A DNA stretch of 12,237 nucleotides from a bacterium (GTDB taxonomy: Bacteria; Electryoneota; Tariuqbacteria; Tariuqbacterales; JADHWD01): assembly GCA_016783645.1 (NCBI GenBank), contig JADHWD010000082.1:1-12237 (forward strand), given 5' to 3'. Below are positions 5,069 through 11,412 of the stretch, in pieces. Below the pieces are notes generated by a model that was not told the DNA's origin, did no database searches, and worked only from the letters and a program-made list of their open reading frames with translations. Numbering within the stretch: the first letter of the stretch is position 1; the number at the start of each line of letters is the position of its first letter. A program made the position numbers and the translations under genes.

Positions 5069-6610
5069 TTATTTCATCAACACTACCTTCTTCACCGTCG
5101 ACTGTCCACTGTCTACTGTCAACCGAATGAAATATATCCCGCTTGACAAATCCGACCCATCGAAAACCGCTTCATGATACCCAAGCGACAGGAGACCAGT
5201 GACGAGTGTCTGCACTTCCCGCCCCTGAAGGTCATATACCGTCAATTCCACATCGCTGTCAGCTGTGAGCTGAAAGCTGATAGCTATTTTCGCGTTGAAG
5301 GGATTGGGATAAGCCTTGATTAGAGCGAAATCGGAAGGCGGACTCGAAGGAATCCGCTCTTCCACTCCCACCGCCCAGGCGCTGTCCCCGGCGAAGATGT
5401 TCACATAGCCGTAGGGGATAGCCGCTCCCCACATGATATCGTCGATACCGTCATTGTTCACATCGCCGCATTCACCGATTACACTGCCGATGTTCAGACC
5501 GCCCGTGAATAAAACATCGCAGATGCCATCCATCCAAGGACTGCCGAAATAGATATAAACCGCGCCCATACTGCCGAAAGCATTGAAATTTCCAACGATT
5601 ATATCGCCATAACCATCTCCATTGCAGTCTCCGGTCGATGATATTTCGCTCGGAGTGCCGGCGTAGGAAGATATTGACAGTTCCATATCGCATTGGTTGT
5701 CCATATTGACGCCGCCGAAATAGACCATTACTTTATAAATTTCATATCCCACGAATTCGCAATCAATCGTGACGAAATCATCAAAATCGTCACCGTTCAA
5801 ATCTTCCACGATTGCGAATTTATATTCAGTGGCTATAGTCAAATCCGGTATAGTGTCCGGTTCCGCCCCGCCGAAGAAGATGTATAGGTTATCAGGGGGA
5901 TAATAACCCTCCTTGACTGCGATGTCGTCATAGCCGTCCCCGTTCAAATCGCCGCCGCCGATGAGTTGAAAGCCAAGCATATCATACTGATCAACGCCAT
6001 TAACAATCCAATCGGGGATAGTGTCCATTTCTGCGGCGCCATAGTAAATCAAAATTCTGCCCCGGGTATCATTGTATAGTGTTTGCGACACCAGCAAGTC
6101 ATCATAACCATTGTTGTTAAAATCACCGGCAGTAGATATTCTCCCAAAAGTATTAGGATAGTTTCCAGAATTTATTACTAAATCCGGAATAGTGTCAGGT
6201 TCAACACCTATGTTATAAATCAAAATCTGACTTTGTTCTGAGCCTAACCAAGCGACAATCCCTAATTCATCCAACCCATCACCATCTATATCTCCAATAT
6301 TCTTCAATGTGTATGAACTCAAGGTGCCTGTAGAGTATGTCAATTCAAAATCATGGATGGAATCCATGGGGCTTCCACCATGATAAATTAAGACAGATCT
6401 GAAATAACTGCTTTCGCCTACGCCGATGGCAATATCGTCGTATCCATCGCCGTTTTGGTCGCCGATTCCGCAGACGGCTTGACCGAGGTACATGTGATCC
6501 GGCTGCCAGGACTCGGCGTGGAAGATCAACTGCGGGGGTTGGGAAAGGGCAGTCGAGATAACGGAGAGAAAAAGGCAGAAAGCTAAAATTAAGAATCTGT
6601 AAAAATTCAT
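5069..6610 (-). CDS. FG-GAP repeat (integrin-alpha-like beta-propeller) protein with T9SS C-terminal sorting domain (Por_Secre_tail type)
   Basis: Multiple GDxNGDGYDD(I/L) calcium-binding-like FG-GAP repeats. C-terminus KAYPNPFNAKIAISFQLTADSDVELTVYDLQGREVQTLV...GIYFIRLTVDSGQSTVKKVVLMK matches the T9SS C-terminal domain pattern. Signal peptide MNFYRFLILAFCLFLSVISTALSQ. The ORF-track start is GTG; ATG at 6610 is preceded by GGAGG with an 8-nt spacer. Confidence 0.8.
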   Translation of the reverse strand: MNFYRFLILAFCLFLSVISTALSQPPQLIFHAESWQPDHMYLGQAVCGIGDQNGDGYDDIAIGVGESSYFRSVLIYHGGSPMDSIHDFELTYSTGTLSSYTLKNIGDIDGDGLDELGIVAWLGSEQSQILIYNIGVEPDTIPDLVINSGNYPNTFGRISTAGDFNNNGYDDLLVSQTLYNDTRGRILIYYGAAEMDTIPDWIVNGVDQYDMLGFQLIGGGDLNGDGYDDIAVKEGYYPPDNLYIFFGGAEPDTIPDLTIATEYKFAIVEDLNGDDFDDFVTIDCEFVGYEIYKVMVYFGGVNMDNQCDMELSISSYAGTPSEISSTGDCNGDGYGDIIVGNFNAFGSMGAVYIYFGSPWMDGICDVLFTGGLNIGSVIGECGDVNNDGIDDIMWGAAIPYGYVNIFAGDSAWAVGVEERIPSSPPSDFALIKAYPNPFNAKIAISFQLTADSDVELTVYDLQGREVQTLVTGLLSLGYHEAVFDGSDLSSGIYFIRLTVDSGQSTVKKVVLMK

Positions 6611-6651
6611 GTTATGGACCTCCACACGGTGGTTTGAATGTTGTTGGAAGG

Positions 6652-6680
6652 AATATAAATAAATCTATTCAAAAAAGCAA
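6652..6680 (-). promoter_or_regulatory. candidate promoter for the FG-GAP/T9SS cargo gene (TTGCTT-17-TATATT on minus strand)
   Basis: Minus-strand read TTGCTTttttgaatagatttattTATATT, about 40 nt upstream of the start. Inference from consensus only. Confidence 0.25.
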
Positions 6681-6814
6681 GCTTTTTGTAAGATGTGCGT
6701 TTAATATATCCGGCGGGGATGCAGACTCTCGATCACCGCACTATCATCGATTTCCGCATGGTCAGATTCTATTCCGTCTACCGCCTGCGCGGGAATGACA
6801 AAATAGATACAGGT

Positions 6815-6873
6815 TTCATTCAATAATATTTTGGCGGGTTAAGAACCCGCCCTACAGCTATTTTCAGAATAAA
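6815..6873. repeat. Composite 58-bp repeat R1: ttcattcaataatatttt + hairpin GGCGGGTTaagAACCCGCC (minus-oriented REP, GTAGGGCGGG...) + tail CTACAGCTATTTTCAGAATAAA
   Basis: Near-identical direct copy at 7033-7090. Tail variants at 9168-9200 and 9418-9446. Confidence 0.8.
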
Positions 6874-6920
6874 CCCTCATGCCGATCAGTCGGCACAACT
6901 TAGCATGAAAATAGTTTCAA

Positions 6921-6945
6921 GGGCGACCGCAAGGGTCGCCCCTAC
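6921..6945 (-). repeat. REP-C (minus orientation: GTAGGGGCGACCcttgcGGTCGCCC)
   Basis: 8-bp stem gggcgacc/ggtcgccc plus a ccctac tail. Confidence 0.7.
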
Positions 6946-6960
6946 ACCACGACGCAATTA

Positions 6961-6988
6961 GTAGGGGCAAACGGCCGTTTGCCCCTAC
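6961..6988. repeat. REP-D: perfect 28-bp palindrome GTAGGGGCAAACGG|CCGTTTGCCCCTAC, flanked by a 7-bp direct repeat gcaatta
   Basis: gcaatta at 6954-6960 and 6990-6996; seen directly. Confidence 0.8.
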
Positions 6989-7011
6989 TGCAATTAGATG
7001 ATCATTTTTAG

Positions 7012-7032
7012 GAGCAGACCTTGCGTCTGCCC
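7012..7032. repeat. REP-A-like variant (gagcagaccttgcgtctgccc)
   Basis: Stem gcagac/gtctgc. Related to the tagGGGCAGAC...GTCTGCCCctac family. Confidence 0.5.
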
Positions 7033-7090
7033 TTCATTCAATATTATTTTGGCGGTTAAGAACCCGCCCTACAGCTATTTTCAGAATAAA
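7033..7090. repeat. Composite repeat R2, a direct copy of 6815-6873 with a 1-bp deletion in the hairpin
   Basis: ttcattcaatattattttggcggttaagaacccgccctacagctattttcagaataaa. Confidence 0.8.
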
Positions 7091-7119
7091 TTGATTTTCA
7101 GAGGCAGATTTATTATATT
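7091..7119 (+). promoter_or_regulatory. candidate promoter for the PEPCK gene (TTGATT-17-TATATT)
   Basis: TTGATTttcagaggcagatttatTATATT, about 40 nt upstream of GTG 7160. The SD GGGAG sits 8 nt before the start. Inference. Confidence 0.3.
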
Positions 7120-7159
7120 TAATGTTTAAATCATTTACCATCATTGGGAGACGACCACT

Positions 7160-9040
7160 GTGTCCAATATTTATGATGTCAAGGTTTACGCCCAGTTCAT
7201 AGATAACATGCGCGAAGCGCTGAAAACCTCTAAAACTATCAAGACTGTCAAGCTGGAAGATTTACGGAGAACAGCTTATAAATCCGGTCAGAGGACGATT
7301 TATGGTTCCTATGGATGGCGCAGCGCTGTATCTTCCCGGATAGCGCCTCGGACAGTCTACCTCGGCAGTGAATATGTGCAGTTACCTAAAATCACACCTG
7401 TGCAAAAACAGCTGATTCAGAATGCGCCCGAAGAATTGCATAAGGTTCTGCATCTTCTGCGAACTTTACCTTTCGTTCATATCCGGCGGCGCATGGGCGA
7501 CAATAAAGAATACAATCCTATCTGTAATCTTTACATGTCGATGGCAGATCCTAAAAACGCCCGGCTGGCTTTTATGTACGGCAGCACATTGGCGCCGGTT
7601 GACAAGAGTAAACCCGGTCCCGAATTTACTATGATTCATATTCCGGAGGAGCATGTGATCCGCCAGCAGGTGCTGGCGCTCCCGGAATACGGCGTCAATA
7701 TATGCCTCGGTTCCGATTATATGGGCGAAGATAAGAAAGGATTTTTGCGGCAGTCGATGTATAACGCTGACGAATTAGGGATGCTGGGACTGCACGCCGG
7801 CACTAAGATCGTCAAAGCGCTGGACGCCAGAACAGGGAAGTTGAAAACATATGGCATTTACTTATTCGGTCTGTCCGCCACCGGTAAATCAACTTGGTCT
7901 TGTCATCAATTGGGCATGGATTTCAATAAAGGCGAAGGCACTTGGGCATGCCAAGACGATATCGTATTTCTGAAACGCGACGGCGGGGCTTACGGCACGG
8001 AAACGGGGTTCTTCGTTAAAACCGATGTGGATGAGAAACTGCAGGAAGCGATGTACAACGCCCTCATCGATAGAACGGCTTTATACGAAAATGTGATGAT
8101 AGACAGCAATGGACGGCCTGATTTCCTGGATGAAAACCTTTGCGCCAACGGCAGGGCGGTCATCCGCAAAGATAAATTGAAAGTGAGACGGAAGGGCAGA
8201 TTAGTGAGTATCGAATCGCCGGATATCAATCTGCCCCCGGCGGAGGAACTCGACGGCATAGCTTTCGCCTTCATCACCCGCCGCAATACTATAATGCCTT
8301 TCGCGCAAAAACTGACGCCCGAAAAAGCGGTATTGGCATATCTCTGGGGCGAATCTTCCCATAGCTACGCTTCCCAGCCCGCTAAAGCCGGCGAATCGGT
8401 GAGAGTGGTAGGCACCGATCCCTTCATAGTAGGTTCACGCGCCCGCAAAGTCAACCGTTTCAAGAAGATAGTGATGGAATTAGTGGATAAATTACCCGGC
8501 AAAGTGGAATTCTTCCAGTACAACACCGGAGGTATGGGTGAAATCATCAGAGAAGAGATGGTGGACGGTGAAAAGAAAAAGATTATGGTACGCAAGACTG
8601 AGAGAGTGCCCATCAAGCTAATGGCGGCGCTGCAAAGAGGCGACCTGCGGGGAACAAATCATTACGAAATAGGTTCATTGAATAACGAAGCGGTGGTAGA
8701 AACCGAAGGTTTCGATCTCCGGCAATATGATATCAAGCAATATTATAGCCAGGAACAGATAGATTATTACCTTCAGGATCTGGTCGACGGCCGCCGCCGG
8801 CATACGGAAGAAATCGCTTCCGAAGGGCTCGATTCGGATATTCTAAAATGGGCGGGAAAAGCCTATGAAATAGCCCCTAAGGGGAAGTCTGCAAAAGTCA
8901 CCGTCCCGGAATCACCGGTTTTTGAAGAGAAGGATAAAGAACTGGAGAAAGCGGAAGAATATCCGGCTTCTTATATCGCAACACTTCCGGACACCGCTAA
9001 ATTACGGCCGCCGAGATTAATAGCGTCAAGATTCAGATAG
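7160..9040 (+). CDS. pckA: phosphoenolpyruvate carboxykinase (ATP), divergent form with C-terminal extension (626 aa)
   Basis: GTG start with GGGAG SD. Motifs recalled from E. coli PckA, by memory: YMGEDKKG (cf. YGGEMKKG), kinase-1a FGLSATGKST (cf. FGLSGTGKTT), QEAMYNALIDRTALYENV (cf. EIYNAIRRDALLENV), ENLCANGRAVI (cf. ENTRVSYPI), ITRRNTIMPF...AVLAYLWGES (cf. LTADAFGVLPP...QYHFLSGFT), YNTGGMG (cf. VNTGWNG). About 145 aa follow the NTG motif versus about 95 in E. coli. Confidence 0.75.
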   Translation: MSNIYDVKVYAQFIDNMREALKTSKTIKTVKLEDLRRTAYKSGQRTIYGSYGWRSAVSSRIAPRTVYLGSEYVQLPKITPVQKQLIQNAPEELHKVLHLLRTLPFVHIRRRMGDNKEYNPICNLYMSMADPKNARLAFMYGSTLAPVDKSKPGPEFTMIHIPEEHVIRQQVLALPEYGVNICLGSDYMGEDKKGFLRQSMYNADELGMLGLHAGTKIVKALDARTGKLKTYGIYLFGLSATGKSTWSCHQLGMDFNKGEGTWACQDDIVFLKRDGGAYGTETGFFVKTDVDEKLQEAMYNALIDRTALYENVMIDSNGRPDFLDENLCANGRAVIRKDKLKVRRKGRLVSIESPDINLPPAEELDGIAFAFITRRNTIMPFAQKLTPEKAVLAYLWGESSHSYASQPAKAGESVRVVGTDPFIVGSRARKVNRFKKIVMELVDKLPGKVEFFQYNTGGMGEIIREEMVDGEKKKIMVRKTERVPIKLMAALQRGDLRGTNHYEIGSLNNEAVVETEGFDLRQYDIKQYYSQEQIDYYLQDLVDGRRRHTEEIASEGLDSDILKWAGKAYEIAPKGKSAKVTVPESPVFEEKDKELEKAEEYPASYIATLPDTAKLRPPRLIASRFR

Positions 9041-9048
9041 ACGGAAGT

Positions 9049-9085
9049 TACAAGTAATAAGATACAAGTAACAAGTTGCAAGTCT
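9049..9085 (+). repeat. Simple heptad-like repeat (ACAAGTA / ACAAGTT / GCAAGTC) just after the pckA stop
   Basis: ttacaagtaataagatacaagtaacaagttgcaagtc. Confidence 0.5.
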
Positions 9086-9111
9086 CTTACTGAAGGGCGC
9101 TCTTATACTCG

Positions 9112-9133
9112 TTCCCATGCTCCTGCGTGGGAA
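9112..9133 (+). other. Conserved hairpin family H (TTCCCATGC tcct GCGTGGGAA) about 70 nt downstream of the pckA stop; no U-tract
   Basis: 9-bp stem with one G.U pair. A homologous hairpin at 11137-11158 sits downstream of the oxidase gene. Both are followed by ATGCA. Confidence 0.5.
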
Positions 9134-9144
9134 TGCAAACAAAT

Positions 9145-9200
9145 GGTGGGTAAAGAACCCACCCTGCTATTTCTAACAGCTGACGACTATTTTCAGATTA
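9145..9200. repeat. Composite repeat R3 (variant of R1/R2): hairpin GGTGGGTaaagaACCCACC + ctgctatttctaacagctgacgactattttcagatta
   Basis: Same architecture and tail motif as 6833-6873. Confidence 0.6.
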
Positions 9201-9211
9201 ATGATGCATTT

Positions 9212-9278
9212 GTAGGGGCGAAGCATTTTGGGAAGATGATGTAAATGCGGCGATGATAGAAAAATGCTTCGCCCCTAC
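9212..9278. repeat. REP-E / MITE-like 67-bp element: 18-bp inverted arms GTAGGGGCGAAGCATTTT ... AAAATGCTTCGCCCCTAC around a 31-nt loop
   Basis: Perfect 18-bp arms. The loop, gggaagATGATgtaaatgcggcgATGATaga, is itself a small inverted repeat. The same family occurs nested at 11170-11385. Confidence 0.85.
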
Positions 9279-9289
9279 AGAATTGGCAG

Positions 9290-9310
9290 CCCGGTTTCTC
9301 CGAAACCGGG
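9290..9310. repeat. Hairpin CCCGGTTTC tcc GAAACCGGG (9-bp stem)
   Basis: Seen directly. Confidence 0.6.
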
Positions 9311-9317
9311 TAATGCC

Positions 9318-9354
9318 GGCAGGTCACATCCGCCTGCGGCGTGCAAGACCTGCC
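9318..9354. repeat. Hairpin GGCAGGTC ...21 nt... GACCTGCC, followed by A-run aaaataaaaaa
   Basis: 8-bp GC-rich stem. The loop contains ccgc ctg cgg. Not a canonical intrinsic terminator on either strand. Confidence 0.5.
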
Positions 9355-9374
9355 AAAATAAAAAAGCTGCCAGG

Positions 9375-9397
9375 ATTCCCTACTGCGCTAGGGGAAT
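9375..9397. repeat. REP-like palindrome attccctactgcgctaggggaat (minus-oriented GTAGGG head)
   Basis: Imperfect 8-bp stem. Shares GGGGAATGACA with 6791-6801. Confidence 0.4.
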
Positions 9398-9417
9398 GAC
9401 ACGAGCGGAGCGGATTA

Positions 9418-9446
9418 CTAACAGATGACAGCTATTCTCAAGATAA
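9418..9446 (+). repeat. Fourth copy of tail motif CTAACAGaTGACaGCTATTcTCAaGATAA
   Basis: Compare 9174-9200 ctaacagctgacgactattttcagatta and 6855-6873 acagctattttcagaataaa. Confidence 0.5.
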
Positions 9447-9486
9447 TTAAATCAGTTAAATAACACCTGATATAAAGGACTGAATA

Positions 9487-9747
9487 ATGCCGACATATGA
9501 TTATAAATGTAATGTATGCAAATATCGATTTGAAGAATTTCAGAGTATATTGTCCAAACCGATAACTATATGTCCAAGATGCGGAGGTAAAGTAGAGCGT
9601 CTTATCAGCGGCGGCGCGGGATTGATCTTCAAAGGCGCCGGATTTTATGAGACGGATTACAAGCGAAAGAGTAACGGCAACGGCGGCGGATCATATAAAA
9701 GCGCTCCGGTAACAGCCAAGACCGAATCTTCCACCGAATCCAAATAG
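9487..9747 (+). CDS. FmdB-family zinc-ribbon protein (CxxC...CxxC putative regulatory protein)
   Basis: MPTYDYKCNVCKYRFEEF...ICPRCGG matches the FmdB zinc-ribbon pattern. SD AAAGGA 7 nt upstream. Gly/Ser-rich C-terminal tail. Stop is 3 nt before the next ATG. Confidence 0.7.
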   Translation: MPTYDYKCNVCKYRFEEFQSILSKPITICPRCGGKVERLISGGAGLIFKGAGFYETDYKRKSNGNGGGSYKSAPVTAKTESSTESK

Positions 9748-9749
9748 TC

Positions 9750-11126
9750 ATGGCGGATTTCGCCAAAATCAGTAAAAAGTTGAAGCGGGTTTTGGGAAAG
9801 AGTAGAGTTTTATTCCAGCCCGAAGAGAAACTCGCTTATTCATTTGACGCCGGCTCCCGCCGCAGTATCCCTTCGATTGTCCTCTTCCCCGAAACCGCCA
9901 GAGAGGTGATTGAAATTGTCGAAACCGCCTCCGAATTTCATTTACCCATTGTTCCCCGGGGCGCCGGCACCGGTATGACCGGCGGATCCATTCCCATCAA
10001 TGACGCTGTCGCTCTCTCTTTTGAAAGGATGAATCGTATCCTCAAGATTGATGCGTCAAACCGGATAGCTATAGTCGAGCCCGGGGTGGTGACGGTGAGC
10101 CTGCAGGATGAAGCTATAAAATTCAATTTATATTATCCCCCGGATCCGGCAAGTTTCAAGATGTCCACTATCGGCGGAAATGTGGCGGAGAATTCCGGCG
10201 GACTAAGATGCCTGAAATACGGAGTCACCGCCGATTATCTCATCGGAACGGAATTCATCACTATGACCGGTGAAGTTATCAAGACGGGTTATTTCGATGA
10301 TTACCGAGCGCCCTATGATTTGACACAGCTTTTATGCGGCAGTGAAGGGACATTAGGCATCATTGTGAAAATCGCATTAAGATTGATAGATAAACCTCAT
10401 GATTTTTTAACTTTATCAGCGGAATTTCCCAATCCGGTTTCCGCCGCAGGATCGGTCACCGATATACTCAATTCCGGATTCACCCCTTCAGTGTTAGAAT
10501 TCATGGATAAGACTGCGATTGAAGCGGTCAGCCGGCAGGAAAGATTCGATTTGAACGAAGAAACCGCCGCATTACTAATTATCGAATTCGATGATGATGC
10601 TGAAAAAAACAATTTTTACGCTGAAACAACGATAAGTATCTGCCGGAAAAACGGCGCATTGAGCGTAAAATCCGCCAAAGATGCAGAAGCGCGGGAAAAC
10701 CTGTGGAAATTCCGCCGCAGCACATCATCGGCGCTCACCCGCTTGAACACCTGCAAAATCAACGAGGATATCGCAGTACCCCGCAGTAAAATCGCTGAAA
10801 TAGTTGAATTCGTGGAAAATATGGCGGAGGAGATCGATATTCTGATTCCTATTTTCGGACATGCGGGTGACGGTAATATTCACATCAATTTCATATTCGA
10901 TAAAAATGATACCGGACAATCGGAGCGCGCGGAAGCAGGTGTGGACCGCCTTTTCACAAAAGTGGTAGAGCTTGGCGGAAGTATCTCCGGCGAACACGGA
11001 ATCGGATTAGCGAAACAGAAATATCTGCCTAAACAGCTGGAGGCGGGTAATGTAGCGATGCAGAAACAATTGAAGGCGGTGTTCGATCCGCAAAACCTGT
11101 TGAACCCGGGGAAGATATTTGTATGA
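9750..11126 (+). CDS. FAD-binding oxidoreductase, GlcD / D-lactate dehydrogenase family (FAD-linked oxidase)
   Basis: N-terminal FAD-binding PCMH-type pattern (PIVPRGAGTGMTGGSIP, RMNRILKID, VEPGV). C-terminal FAD-oxidase domain with a HAGDGNIH-type motif (GHAGDGNIHINF) and GSISGEHGIG. Likely an operon with the upstream FmdB gene. Confidence 0.75.
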   Translation: MADFAKISKKLKRVLGKSRVLFQPEEKLAYSFDAGSRRSIPSIVLFPETAREVIEIVETASEFHLPIVPRGAGTGMTGGSIPINDAVALSFERMNRILKIDASNRIAIVEPGVVTVSLQDEAIKFNLYYPPDPASFKMSTIGGNVAENSGGLRCLKYGVTADYLIGTEFITMTGEVIKTGYFDDYRAPYDLTQLLCGSEGTLGIIVKIALRLIDKPHDFLTLSAEFPNPVSAAGSVTDILNSGFTPSVLEFMDKTAIEAVSRQERFDLNEETAALLIIEFDDDAEKNNFYAETTISICRKNGALSVKSAKDAEARENLWKFRRSTSSALTRLNTCKINEDIAVPRSKIAEIVEFVENMAEEIDILIPIFGHAGDGNIHINFIFDKNDTGQSERAEAGVDRLFTKVVELGGSISGEHGIGLAKQKYLPKQLEAGNVAMQKQLKAVFDPQNLLNPGKIFV

Positions 11127-11136
11127 TATTTACACT

Positions 11137-11158
11137 CGTTCCCACGCTTTTGCGTGGG
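11137..11158 (+). other. Conserved hairpin family H (CGTTCCCACGC tttt GCGTGGG) 11 nt after the oxidase stop; no U-tract
   Basis: Homologous to 9112-9133 (actcgttcccaYgc...gcgtggg.atgca). Confidence 0.5.
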
Positions 11159-11169
11159 TATGCATAATA

Positions 11170-11385
11170 GTAGGGGCGAAGCATTTTTCTGTTATGATGC
11201 ATTTATTTACACTATATAGCCTCTTGCAAAAGTATGAAAACACATCTGGTAAGGGCGAAGCATTTTCACCATCATATTCAAATATTTCATCATTTTCCTG
11301 AAAATGCTTCGCCCCTACAGATACAGGATTACCCTTTGAGGATTTTTGCAAGTAACTCTATATACAATAAATGCTTCGCCCCTAC
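11170..11385. repeat. Nested REP-E composite palindrome (~216 bp): outer arms 11170-11188 / 11369-11385, inner element 11249-11318, extra inverted pair cttgcaaaagta 11223-11234 / tacttgcaaa 11347-11356
   Basis: Arms GTAGGGGCGAAGCATTTTT, GTAAGGGCGAAGCATTTT, AAAATGCTTCGCCCCTAC, AAATGCTTCGCCCCTAC. The inner loop caccATCATattcaaatatttcATCATtttcc is the reverse complement of the 9212-9278 element loop. Confidence 0.8.
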
Positions 11386-11412
11386 AAGACCACTAATCAT
11401 AACAATCATTTA

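Noticed and set aside
7422-8616. Several 60-98-aa ORFs inside or antisense to pckA, and 5472-5887 and 9938-10997 inside other CDSs
   Set aside because: Nested or antisense within well-supported long CDSs.
9318-9365. Intrinsic terminator call for hairpin GGCAGGTC...GACCTGCC plus an A-run
   Set aside because: On the plus strand the hairpin is followed by an A-tract rather than a U-tract. On the minus strand the U-tract precedes the hairpin. Neither orientation is a canonical rho-independent terminator.
9447-9476. Promoter TTAAAT-18-TATAAA directly upstream of the FmdB gene
   Set aside because: It would put the transcription start about 4 nt before the ATG and so exclude the evident AAAGGA SD from the transcript. 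Internally inconsistent, so not reported as a feature.
11119-11351. ORFs 11119-11301(+) and 11130-11351(-)
   Set aside because: Both run through the nested REP-E palindrome and are open only because of the repeat sequence.
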